Assembly: GCA_016212375.1 (NCBI GenBank)
Contig: JACRGH010000010.1
Span: forward strand, 1-59,884
Origin: Candidatus Micrarchaeota archaeon
GTDB lineage: Archaea; Micrarchaeota; Micrarchaeia; Norongarragalinales; Norongarragalinaceae
Direction: 5' to 3'
Length of the DNA stretch: 59,884 nt
The notes under the pieces are model-generated. The model was not told the origin of the DNA. It made no database searches and saw only the letters and a program-made list of their open reading frames with translations. Numbering within the stretch: the stretch's first letter is position 1; each line of letters begins with the position of its first letter. Both the position numbers and the translations under genes were made by a program. Of the stretch, positions 26,558 to 35,147 are shown piece by piece.

Positions 26558-27538
26558 ATGAAAGCGTCCCTTACCCTGCACCCAATGCTTTTCGACAAGC
26601 CCGAAAAGAAAGCCACACGGGACGGATTCGGCGAGGCGTTGCTGGAATTGGGCCAAAAGGACGAGCGGGTCGTGGCCTTGACCGCGGATTTGGGTGAAAG
26701 CGTCCGCACGCACGCGTTCGAGAAGGCGTTTCCAAGCCGCTTCTTTGAAGTCGGCATCACCGAGCAGTTCATGATTGCCGCGGCCGCCGGTTTGGCGATG
26801 GAGGGCAAGATTCCGTTTGCCACGACGTTTGCCAATTTCGGCACCGGCCGCGTTTATGACTTTATCCGCCAATCCGTGTGCTACAACCAGGCCAATGTCA
26901 AAATTGCCGTGACGCATGCCGGCATCACCTTGGGCGAAGACGGCGCGACGCATCAGATGTTAGAGGATTTGGGCATGATGCGGACCTTGCCACACATGAC
27001 CGTCGTTGTGCCATGCGATTACTTGGAAACAAAGAAGGCGGTTTGGGCTATTGCCGAACACGTGGGCCCCGCCTACCTGCGCATGGGCCGGGCGAACGTG
27101 CCGCTGATCACCACCGCTGAAACGCCCTTCAAAATGGGACAGGCCAATGTCCTGCGGGAAGGCGTAGATGTGAGCATTGCGGCGTGTGGCGTGATGGTCT
27201 ACCCGGCGTTGATTGCCGCCGTTGAGCTGGAAAAGACGCACCAAATTTCGGCCGAAGTGGTGAACCACCACAGCCTCAAGCCGTTCGACTCCAAGACTTT
27301 ACTCAAATCCGCCAAAACTTGCGGCGCCATCGTGACGGCGGAAGAGCACCAGCGCACATCAGGCCTGCGTGCGGCGTGCGCGGAAGTTCTTTCCGAAAGC
27401 TTGCCCACGCCAATTCAATACGTCGCCATCGAGGACACATTCGGCGAATCCGGAACGCCTGATGCCTTGCTGCAAAAATACGGCTTGACGAAGGACAACG
27501 TGGTCAAGAAGGCGTTGGCGGCACTGAGAATGAAATGA
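26558..27538 (+). CDS. transketolase, C-terminal (pyrimidine-binding) subunit
   Basis: TRDGFGEALLELG...FFEVGITEQ...THAGITLGEDGATHQ motifs. An alternative ATG lies 9 codons downstream. Confidence 0.92.
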   Translation: MKASLTLHPMLFDKPEKKATRDGFGEALLELGQKDERVVALTADLGESVRTHAFEKAFPSRFFEVGITEQFMIAAAAGLAMEGKIPFATTFANFGTGRVYDFIRQSVCYNQANVKIAVTHAGITLGEDGATHQMLEDLGMMRTLPHMTVVVPCDYLETKKAVWAIAEHVGPAYLRMGRANVPLITTAETPFKMGQANVLREGVDVSIAACGVMVYPALIAAVELEKTHQISAEVVNHHSLKPFDSKTLLKSAKTCGAIVTAEEHQRTSGLRAACAEVLSESLPTPIQYVAIEDTFGESGTPDALLQKYGLTKDNVVKKALAALRMK

Positions 27539-27574
27539 TTTTGCTCGTGCTAGGGCATAGACGGCCAGGAGTTT

Positions 27575-28144
27575 TTGCGTCACATGGTTTTTTCAATCAA
27601 TCGTTTTTTTATGAAGGAAGTGATGAAACATATCCAACCCATCACGCAGGTAAAAATGGAGAAATCCGGTTCGTTCCTTTTGCTTCATGGACGACGACCT
27701 GAGTTTGAATCCGACAGTTCTTTACACGAAGAACTAAGGGCTGAAAGGGTTAGTGACACGAATGAATGGATACACCGTCAAGAAAGAATCAATAACGATG
27801 AATTGGGCTTAAAACAAATCGTGGAGGAAATCCTCAATAAAGAAAAGAAGAAAAATACCGGCATGCCTCCCGATGATTTGTTCGGAGAAATAAAAACACC
27901 GGACTCCGTTAAAAGAATTAAAGAATTAATCGTCAGAAATAAAGGAGGATTGAAATCCTGCGCGGTATACGTCTCATTGTACCACCATCCTCGAACTTCG
28001 CAAGTCCGTTTTTTCATTCGAGGACTTCCTGAACGGACAGAGGAGGTGAATCAATTGCATTCCACTTGGAGTAAAAAAGCCGAAGAGTCACCGTCCGGAA
28101 TTTGGGCCCGATTGACCAAATGGATTAATCCGTTTTCACGTTGA
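27575..28144 (+). CDS. hypothetical protein (AT-richer orphan)
   Basis: 189-aa ORF in an AT-richer stretch. Charged, Lys/Glu-rich, with no recognisable motif. Start uncertain. Confidence 0.45.
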   Translation: MRHMVFSINRFFMKEVMKHIQPITQVKMEKSGSFLLLHGRRPEFESDSSLHEELRAERVSDTNEWIHRQERINNDELGLKQIVEEILNKEKKKNTGMPPDDLFGEIKTPDSVKRIKELIVRNKGGLKSCAVYVSLYHHPRTSQVRFFIRGLPERTEEVNQLHSTWSKKAEESPSGIWARLTKWINPFSR

Positions 28145-28190
28145 GACAAAGGCCTGAAAGCCGCCGGTCAGTTCTAATTCTGGAAACCCA

Positions 28191-28268
28191 ATGCCAATAA
28201 CCGCCCTTTACATCGGCTCCTCGACCGTGGACATCAACGCCTCCGCCGCAGGAATTTGCCCGGTCGTC
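28191..28268 (+). pseudogene. relic of the first 26 codons of a PfkB-type kinase gene
   Basis: MPITALYIGSSTVDINASAAGICPVV matches MSVKTALFIGSSTVDVNAYAQGICPVV of the intact kinase at 29112, with many synonymous differences. Similarity stops exactly at the stop codon of the reverse gene 28267-29079. Confidence 0.5.
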
Positions 28269-29079
28269 AGCCTGATTTGCGCAGGGTTTTGCCGACGTTC
28301 AGAACCGGGTGGCGGCGGAAAACATCCTCGGCATCCTGCAGGCGTTCAGGCGTGATGCCTTCGTAGTATTGGGGGTTTTCTTTGATTTTTTGGCGAAGTT
28401 CAGTGATGTAATCCAGCGCGATTCGGGGGTTTTGGGTGAATCGGTGGATGGCGCTGGCATGTGCGAGGCCTACGACGGCGAGGGTTTCGCGGTCCGAACC
28501 CAATACCGAATTTAGCGCATTGGCGGCCATAAACAGACTGCGCGGTTTGTCGGCAACGGTAAAATCAGAGACCATGATGCCGGTGTTCCGGACGCTATTT
28601 AGAAAAATATCAAAGTCTTGCTGTTCAGTCAGAGGTTCAGTCATGATTTCAGCGTAACGGCGGGCAAAAAGAGGCAACAGAAGATGGGAAGCGGCGCGTC
28701 GGACCAAAGAACCGGCGTTTTGAGTGAGGCGGCTAAACGAAAAGGGTTTCCAAGATAGTGTTTGGAGGCCGTAGTGGTTTTGGAGGGCATCGTAGACGCG
28801 TTGGATGCTCGGAAGGTCCTTGACCCATGACGGTTCCAACCGACGGGGTTGGTGAATGGGTGGTACGACCAATGTTTCCGTGAGGCCTTCAGCCAACACA
28901 TTGGATGGATGGCGTTTCAACGTGTCATGAACGTAGCGTTGGTCAAAGGGAGCCATATGGAAGATGCCGGCGACGCCATGTTGGACGCCAAGAATCCGGA
29001 GGACGGGTGAGCCGGGAACATGGGTTTCCAAGTGGAGCAGGATTTTTTCAGGTTTCACGCATTGCCTTAGGATGGCCAA
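28267..29079 (-). CDS. hypothetical protein (weak TraB/GumN-like resemblance)
   Basis: 270-aa ORF. ILGVQHG near the N-terminus and LAVVGLAHASAI near the C-terminus loosely recall TraB/GumN-family His motifs. The family call is weak. Confidence 0.55.
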   Translation of the reverse strand: MAILRQCVKPEKILLHLETHVPGSPVLRILGVQHGVAGIFHMAPFDQRYVHDTLKRHPSNVLAEGLTETLVVPPIHQPRRLEPSWVKDLPSIQRVYDALQNHYGLQTLSWKPFSFSRLTQNAGSLVRRAASHLLLPLFARRYAEIMTEPLTEQQDFDIFLNSVRNTGIMVSDFTVADKPRSLFMAANALNSVLGSDRETLAVVGLAHASAIHRFTQNPRIALDYITELRQKIKENPQYYEGITPERLQDAEDVFRRHPVLNVGKTLRKSG

Positions 29080-29111
29080 CGGTTAAAAAACGTGGCCGAC
29101 GTGGTTTAGCC

Positions 29112-30104
29112 ATGTCGGTTAAAACCGCATTGTTCATTGGCTCGTCCACCGTGGATGTCAATGCGTACGCCCAAGGCATCTGCCCAGTGGTTCGACGACA
29201 CCACCGCCACACGGAAAAGTGCTTGGAGCTGACGTTTGCCTCCAAAACCGCGCTGGACGACGTGACGGTATGTACGGGCGGCTCGGCGACCAATTCGGCG
29301 TACGCTACCCATTTATTGGGCTCCGGCGTGGACTTGATTTCGGCCGTTGGTGACGACTTGTTCGGCGACCTGGTCATGGACGATTTGAAGAAGCACCACC
29401 TGCCCACCCGCCACGTCAAGCGCCTTTCAGGCCAGAAGACGGCCATCGGCATCAACCTGCTTTGTGCCGGAGGCGAAAAGACGAACTTGGTGTTCAAAGG
29501 CGCGACCGATGCGTTGGATGAAAAAGCCGTTTCGGAAGCCGCCATCGTTGGAGCGGACATCGTCGTCTGCACATCGCTTTCTAGCCCGGCCAACTTTAAG
29601 CTCTTTGAAAAAGCCGTTTTACTTTCACGCCAACACCACATACCGTTCGTCTTTGCGCCGTCCATTACCATGCTACGGGCCCGCCGCCAGGAATTGCAAC
29701 GGATGCACGGCCATTTTGACGTGGTGGTGATGAACCATGAAGAGGCGGGATACTACACCGATTGCAAGGAGCCGCTGGAGGCGCTTCATGAGTTGCCCGG
29801 AAAACTCAACGTCATGACGTGGGATAAAAAAGGCGTTTTTGTGGAGTACGGCGGCTTGCGGCTGCACGTGCCGACGTTGGACGTTGCGGTCAAGGACACG
29901 ACGGGTGCGGGAGATTGCTTTACGGGCGCGCTGGTGCATGGCTTGCTTTCGCATGGAAATGTACTCAAAGCCGTCCAATTGGCCACGGCCGCAGCCAGTC
30001 TCAAGGTGCAGCAATCGGGGGCAAAGCTAACATCATCAAAGGCCCAAGTCCACGCGTATTTTGAGAAGAACAAAGGGAAATTGAAGGCCAAACAAGTGCG
30101 CTGA
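29112..30104 (+). CDS. PfkB-family carbohydrate/nucleoside kinase
   Basis: Trimmed to the ATG at 29112. GGSATNSA and the C-terminal DTTGAGDCFTGALV signature. Confidence 0.88.
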   Translation: MSVKTALFIGSSTVDVNAYAQGICPVVRRHHRHTEKCLELTFASKTALDDVTVCTGGSATNSAYATHLLGSGVDLISAVGDDLFGDLVMDDLKKHHLPTRHVKRLSGQKTAIGINLLCAGGEKTNLVFKGATDALDEKAVSEAAIVGADIVVCTSLSSPANFKLFEKAVLLSRQHHIPFVFAPSITMLRARRQELQRMHGHFDVVVMNHEEAGYYTDCKEPLEALHELPGKLNVMTWDKKGVFVEYGGLRLHVPTLDVAVKDTTGAGDCFTGALVHGLLSHGNVLKAVQLATAAASLKVQQSGAKLTSSKAQVHAYFEKNKGKLKAKQVR

Positions 30105-30134
30105 ACCGGCAAAGCGGTTGACGCGTCATATTTT

Positions 30135-30860
30135 TCAAACGCCCAGGAGCGCGTTGGCACCCAACAACAGACCGAACAGAATGGGTTGGTGAACCAAATA
30201 AACGACCAACGCATTGCGCCCTAAGTAACTGAAACCCGCCAAAAGCTTCGGCATGGCCACCTTACCTGAAATCGGTTTGGAAAACGGATCCATCACCTGG
30301 CCCGTGAAAATTCCAATAAGGACCACGCCGAACCACGGAATCAACGGGTAATAGTCCAAGGTATAGAAGCCAATTGGGGGTAGGCCGAGCCACAACAGCC
30401 AAGGCGTGGAAACGGGAGGCAATGAGGAAAGCCAGAATCCGGCCCCAAGAACGGAAACACCGGCGGCCAGATTGAACCATTGGGGCAAGCGGGTGAAAAA
30501 GTAACCCAACAAAACGGCCACCGCAATGAAATGGATGATGCCAAAGACAATCATGCCGCCCTGGGAGCCGGGATAAACGAAGGTGGCGGCAGTAATGAGC
30601 AGGGCGATGCCGAAAAGTCCGGCGGCCCGTTTGGCATTTTCCACCGCCGTCACGCCCTTAAGCCGGGTCAGGACCAACGACACACCCACAAGTGACAAAA
30701 ACAAAAACGCGACCAGGCGCTGGAGAATCAAAAGAGGCGGGTGCTGGAAGTCCAAAACGGCAAGGCCCATGTAATTCAAGTCAAAAAGCAAATGGTAGAA
30801 CACCATCAACACGACGGCAATGCCGCGCGTCACGTCAAGTTCCCAGAGTCGTTGGACCAT
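30135..30860 (-). CDS. DUF1624 / heparan-alpha-glucosaminide N-acetyltransferase-like membrane protein
   Basis: N-terminal RLWELDVTRGIAVVLMVFYH motif followed by about 8 TM helices. Confidence 0.8.
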   Translation of the reverse strand: MVQRLWELDVTRGIAVVLMVFYHLLFDLNYMGLAVLDFQHPPLLILQRLVAFLFLSLVGVSLVLTRLKGVTAVENAKRAAGLFGIALLITAATFVYPGSQGGMIVFGIIHFIAVAVLLGYFFTRLPQWFNLAAGVSVLGAGFWLSSLPPVSTPWLLWLGLPPIGFYTLDYYPLIPWFGVVLIGIFTGQVMDPFSKPISGKVAMPKLLAGFSYLGRNALVVYLVHQPILFGLLLGANALLGV

Positions 30861-30951
30861 ATACAATAGAGGGACGGAATGGGGCTAAAACGCTGTCGGC
30901 AATGAAAACGGCGCAGACAAATACCGACGGGCAGAACGTGAATCGGAGGAG

Positions 30952-31323
30952 CTACTGCGTCTTTTCCAGATACGCGTACGTCAGGCTGTAAATCAGGCTC
31001 AACAAGCCCACGAGCATGGCTAGGACGCCGATGGGCGAGGTGGGCCGCTCGGTGATAGACAGGTAAGCCATGACGACGATGATAAGGGCGAATGCGGCAA
31101 CCAGGCTGATGCGGGCCGCTTTACCGGCCAAAAGTTCAGTCCGTTCATCGTGTTTGATCTGGCCTTTTCGGATGACTTCCAACCAAAGCATGATGCCCCC
31201 GGCAATGAGAAGTCCGAAAAGCAAAAAGCCAAAAATGGAGGGGTCAAAGGAGCCGCGGGAGATGTAAATCAGGTAAAGCAGGCCGGTGAATGCGGCAGAG
31301 ATGACGACGTTTTGGAGTTTCAT
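30952..31323 (-). CDS. DUF2178-like four-TM membrane protein
   Basis: 123 aa, four TM helices, with a central KHDERTELLAGKAARIS motif. Located directly downstream of a short XRE regulator, a recurrent pairing. Confidence 0.7.
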   Translation of the reverse strand: MKLQNVVISAAFTGLLYLIYISRGSFDPSIFGFLLFGLLIAGGIMLWLEVIRKGQIKHDERTELLAGKAARISLVAAFALIIVVMAYLSITERPTSPIGVLAMLVGLLSLIYSLTYAYLEKTQ

Positions 31324-31353
31324 GGGGTAAAGGCCTCAACAGTATGGGTGGTC

Positions 31354-31542
31354 TCACGGTTCAAAAATCTTTTCAATCGGGGATTTGAAAATAACCGACA
31401 ACTTAAAGGCCAACTCCAAGGACGGGTTGTACTTGCCGTTCTCGATGGCCAAAATGGTCTGGCGTGTGACGCTGGCTTTCTGCGCCAGTTCGTCCTGGGT
31501 GATTTTTTCGCGGGCCCGCAGTTCGCGCAAATGGTTTTTCAT
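31354..31542 (-). CDS. XRE-family helix-turn-helix transcriptional regulator
   Basis: 62 aa. ITQDELAQKASVTRQTILAIENGKYNPSLELAFKL is a canonical Cro/C1 HTH. TTTATA lies 27-32 nt upstream of the ATG, which is consistent with a leaderless mRNA. Confidence 0.85.
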   Translation of the reverse strand: MKNHLRELRAREKITQDELAQKASVTRQTILAIENGKYNPSLELAFKLSVIFKSPIEKIFEP

Positions 31543-31567
31543 GATGTAAAGACTACTTTACACCCCT

Positions 31568-31760
31568 ATTTATAGCAATCCTTGAAAATAACCCGAAAAA
31601 ATAATCAAGGATTCTTGCAATCCCTGCAAAGATTGCAAGGTCTTGGAAAAGTCAGTTTCCAAGGCCACACAAACGTGCAAAGTTTGTGCTGCCACACAAG
31701 TCCAACGGGAATTGTGATGTGCTATTTAGCAAACGACGCGAAAGTATTGCGGAACTTTCG
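31568..31760 (+). repeat. hairpin-rich intergenic module, copy R1 (candidate structured RNA or operator array)
   Basis: TTTATAGCAA followed by perfect inverted repeats: 31578-31585/31605-31612, 31614-31622/31631-31639, 31642-31649/31656-31663 and 31668-31674/31682-31688, plus a near-perfect one at 31695-31703/31707-31716. Collinear with the reverse complement of 52381-52552. Confidence 0.5.
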
Positions 31761-31808
31761 CGGCTTGCGATAAACAGTGCATGAACAGTACGAGAAGTCG
31801 GGAATGCG

Positions 31809-31844
31809 AAAGAAAAAAGAAAGGCCGCAAACCCACAGCGGCCT
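31809..31844 (-). terminator. stem-loop plus T-rich tract reading on the reverse strand
   Basis: The reverse strand reads AGGCCGC-tgtgggttt-GCGGCCT followed by TTCTTTTTTCTTTC. It lies about 300 nt downstream of the aCPSF1 stop. Confidence 0.3.
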
Positions 31845-32027
31845 TTCGGGCATGGTTGATTTTATCGAGGGGATTGAAGCGGGAGCGTCTGAAACCCCAA
31901 CTCCAATGTATAGTTTATTTTACATTTAGTATATATAGCTTTACATTTGCCCATGGAAAAAGCGTAAAGATGCGAAAAAAAGAAGCGAGCGAAAAACCCG
32001 CCAAAAAGAAAGATTGATTGAATCGGA

Positions 32028-32120
32028 TTAACGCAGGCGGATCGAATCCAAGTTCATCGGCACGCAATCCCCGGGTGAGGCGTCCTCCCCCTGGAAATCG
32101 CTCTTCCTCGCCCCCTCCAA
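32028..32120 (-). pseudogene. relic of the 3' end of an aCPSF1-like gene directly downstream of the intact gene
   Basis: The reverse frame reads ...EGARKSDFQGEDASPGDCVPMNLDSIRLR-stop, versus ...EEFARTINHMMHCETRAPMNLDSIRLR-stop for the intact gene. The last 10 residues are identical but use different Ser, Ile, Arg, Leu and stop codons. Confidence 0.5.
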
Positions 32121-32138
32121 AAAGAGTAGGCGAATCAA

Positions 32139-34025
32139 TCAACGAAGTCGAATACTATCCAAGTTCATCGGCGCACGCGTCTCGCAATGCATCATATGGT
32201 TGATGGTGCGGGCGAACTCTTCAGTTTTCGCCTCATCACCGTGCATGGTGAAGATGCGCTGCGGCCGGGGACGCAAGTTGCGCAAAAAGGCCAACAATTG
32301 CGCCCGGTCGGAGTGACCCGAGTAGCCGTCCACGGTGTGCACCTGCATGTTGACTTTGAGGCTGTCCAGTTTTTTGTGCTCATTGAGGATGGGTACTTCC
32401 CGCTCGCCGCCTTGGATGCGCCGACCCAAAGTCATGGCGCCTTGGTAACCGACGAACAATAGCGCGTTTTTGGGGTCGTGCGCCAACATCTTCAGATACT
32501 CCACCGACGAACCACCCGAAAGCATGCCGGACGGCGCCAAAATCACGCAAGGCTCATCGCTTTCAGCAATGCTTTTACGCTCCTTGGATGTGGCATGCTT
32601 GAAAATGGGGTTGTCAAACGGAGAATTGTTCTGCAAAATCCGGCGCTGGACGTTGCGCTTGAGGTATTCGGGGTAAACCGTGTGGATGGCCGAGGCTTCC
32701 TTGCTCATGCCGTCGATGTAGACCGGAATGTTTTCGCCCGAAATCTTGCTTTCCAAGGACACCATCATTTCCTGCGCGCGGCCCACGGCGAACACCGGAA
32801 TCAATACTTTGCCGCGATTCGCCACGGTTTCGCGGACAATCTGGGCGATGCGCTCTTCGCAATCGGAATAGCGGGGCAACAAGTCGTTCCGGCCGCCATA
32901 GGTCGCTTCAATGAACATGGTCTCCACTCGCGGGAAACGCGTGTCCGCCGGATCCAATAAGGAGGTGCGGCCATACTTGATGTCCGCGGTAAAAACCAAA
33001 TTGTGCAAGCCCTCGCCGATGTGCAAGTGCACCTGCGAACTGCCCAAAATGTGGCCGGCATTGTGGAACGTGAAGCGGATTTCAGGCGTCACGTCGGTAA
33101 CTTCACCGTAATCCCGGACAATCATGTGACTAAGCTGCTTTTTGATGTCCTTTTCGCCGTAGGGGCAGCCCTTTCCTTCGGCATTCATGACCGAGAGGCA
33201 GTCCTGTTGAAGCAAAATGGACAAGTCGCGCGTGGGGGGCGCGCAGTATACCGGGCCTTCGTAGCCGTAGGCGTACAAATAGGGGATGAAACCGCAGTGG
33301 TCCAAGTGAGCATGGGACAAAATGACGGCATCCAGTTGTTCCAATGCCAAATTCATGGCATTGAGGTAGGGGTACGCGCGCGTGGCGTCCGACGTATCGG
33401 TATTCATGCCGCAATCCACCAAAACGTTGCTCTTGGGCGTTTGCAACAGCATGCACGTCCGCCCCACTTCGCGGAAACCGCCCAACATGGTGACTTTGAT
33501 CCAATCACAGCTACCCGCCGGCACGACCATTTTCTTGCCCAACGCGGATAAGAATTTCTTGCGCTGTTCCGACGATGCCAAGACATTGTTGCGGATGGCG
33601 CGCTCGACTTCCGAGGGCGAGGTGGGCGAGCGCAGGACGCGGGGCGACCAGCCGGTATTCAATACGATTTGCTTGAGTACCGAGCCCCCTTTTCCAATGA
33701 CCAAGCCGGGCTTGAGTGCCTCGATGACCACTTCGTGGAAAATCGGGTCGAATTTGATATCTTGGACACCCGCTTCCGGCGGTATGGTGCTTTTGACTTT
33801 TTCCAAGGCACGGGAAGGCGGCATCAGTTCGGATGCGTCCACGCGCAACAATACTTTTTTGCGGACTTTGGACGCGATTTTGGTAATCAGGTGCTCATCG
33901 GAGTAAAAGGCCTGGATGTTCTTGACGTAGATGACGATTTGGGGGCCTTCAAACTCGATTTTGGTCAGGAGGCATTCCGGGGGCAGCACTTGCTGGACGG
34001 ATTCCTGCATTTCTTTCAAATCCAT
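32139..34025 (-). CDS. archaeal cleavage and polyadenylation specificity factor 1 homologue (aCPSF1; KH domains + metallo-beta-lactamase/beta-CASP RNase)
   Basis: 628 aa. N-terminal KH-type GKGGS motif (VIGKGGSVLKQI), HAHLDHCG metallo-beta-lactamase motif, and beta-CASP region ending in GHSD. Confidence 0.92.
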   Translation of the reverse strand: MDLKEMQESVQQVLPPECLLTKIEFEGPQIVIYVKNIQAFYSDEHLITKIASKVRKKVLLRVDASELMPPSRALEKVKSTIPPEAGVQDIKFDPIFHEVVIEALKPGLVIGKGGSVLKQIVLNTGWSPRVLRSPTSPSEVERAIRNNVLASSEQRKKFLSALGKKMVVPAGSCDWIKVTMLGGFREVGRTCMLLQTPKSNVLVDCGMNTDTSDATRAYPYLNAMNLALEQLDAVILSHAHLDHCGFIPYLYAYGYEGPVYCAPPTRDLSILLQQDCLSVMNAEGKGCPYGEKDIKKQLSHMIVRDYGEVTDVTPEIRFTFHNAGHILGSSQVHLHIGEGLHNLVFTADIKYGRTSLLDPADTRFPRVETMFIEATYGGRNDLLPRYSDCEERIAQIVRETVANRGKVLIPVFAVGRAQEMMVSLESKISGENIPVYIDGMSKEASAIHTVYPEYLKRNVQRRILQNNSPFDNPIFKHATSKERKSIAESDEPCVILAPSGMLSGGSSVEYLKMLAHDPKNALLFVGYQGAMTLGRRIQGGEREVPILNEHKKLDSLKVNMQVHTVDGYSGHSDRAQLLAFLRNLRPRPQRIFTMHGDEAKTEEFARTINHMMHCETRAPMNLDSIRLR

Positions 34026-34253
34026 AATAAACGTTCACACCAAAAGGGGGTTGGTCGGGTAGTCGATATTTCGGTCATTAGATTAAGATATGGGCCTTGC
34101 GGAAACGGCTTCAATGTCCAAAACGATGAGATGAAAACAAAATCCAAATAAAAAAAACCCGGCAAAATGGCGCAAGGCTATAAAAAAACAAAATAAAAAA
34201 ATATTGGGAAAATGTCAGCAGATTGGTTGTTCACAAATGAAGATTCCGAAAAT

Positions 34254-34880
34254 CTACGACGTCAGCAAACCCGTGGCTACTTGCATGGGCAGACGCTTGA
34301 CGCCTTTTTGCGTGATGACCAACGTGTCGATGCCCTCGCCGGTGGCCGAGTCGCGTTTCATCGCGGCATGGACCGAATTGACGGCCACGCGGACGGCGTC
34401 CTCTTCGGACATGGCGTCTTTGTAATTGGCATCCAGGTAGCCGTAAGCGGTAACGGAGCCGGAACCGGTGGACGTGTACTTTTCCGGAATCAGGCCGCCG
34501 AAGGCGTCCAAGTCGTACAATTGGGGTTTGTCATCCATTCCGGCGATGATGAGTTGGACGAAGTACGGGAAATATTTGTTGCCTTGAAGGACGTTGGAAA
34601 GCAAGGTTGCCGCGCTTTTGACGGACATGGGCGAGCCTTTGGCGTATTTGTATAATTCCAATTCCGCACGGACGACGCGGACCAACGTCTGCGCATCACC
34701 CACGGAGCCGGCCAAGGTAATGGCCATGTTGTCGGCCACCGGGTGCAATTTGTCCACGCCTTTTCCGGCGATGAAGTTGCCCATGGAAGCGCGCTTGTCC
34801 GCGGCAAGGACGACGCCGTCGCGGAAAATGATGCCTACCGTAGTGGTGCCTTTGAGCGGTTCTTTGGTAAAATCAGCCAT
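34254..34880 (-). CDS. psmB: proteasome subunit beta
   Basis: Trimmed to the ATG at 34880. A short propeptide is followed by the GTTTVGIIFRDGVVLAADKRAS active-site Thr context. Confidence 0.92.
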   Translation of the reverse strand: MADFTKEPLKGTTTVGIIFRDGVVLAADKRASMGNFIAGKGVDKLHPVADNMAITLAGSVGDAQTLVRVVRAELELYKYAKGSPMSVKSAATLLSNVLQGNKYFPYFVQLIIAGMDDKPQLYDLDAFGGLIPEKYTSTGSGSVTAYGYLDANYKDAMSEEDAVRVAVNSVHAAMKRDSATGEGIDTLVITQKGVKRLPMQVATGLLTS

Positions 34881-35147
34881 AGTATCAGACCTTAAACAAA
34901 CGGGATTTAAAAACGATTTGATTATTTTGAATTTTTCAAAAACGATTGCAAACTCAATTGAATTGAAAACTCCGACGGACTGCAAGCCAAGAAATTAGAA
35001 TCAAGGAAGCAGCCGGTTTGGGATTTGCCGAATACCCTTTTGCGAGGCAAGATATATAAATAGGCGGTTGGCACCTCGGTGATTTGCCAAAATGTAGACA
35101 AAAAGCACCTGGAAAAACCGAAGCAGATGCATTAAGCGGCCACAAAT

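Noticed and set aside
28905-29111. 69-residue N-terminal extension of the PfkB kinase ORF
   Set aside because: It overlaps the 5' end of the reverse gene 28267-29079 and is Arg/Gly-rich. The kinase fold starts at the ATG at 29112, and the relic copy at 28191 also starts at the equivalent Met.
31905-31960. AT-rich stretch with a repeated TTTACATTT (31917-31925 and 31941-31949), considered as a possible CRISPR leader, replication origin or att site
   Set aside because: There are only two short copies. There are no repeat-spacer periodicity, ORB-like longer repeats, or adjacent cdc6/cas/integrase genes. It is most simply promoter-like or spacer DNA.
32036-32052. tRNA T-arm-like string GGCGGATCGAATCCAAG
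   Set aside because: The flanks do not pair into a T stem or an acceptor stem. The string is explained by the aCPSF1 C-terminal relic (codons for LDSIRL).
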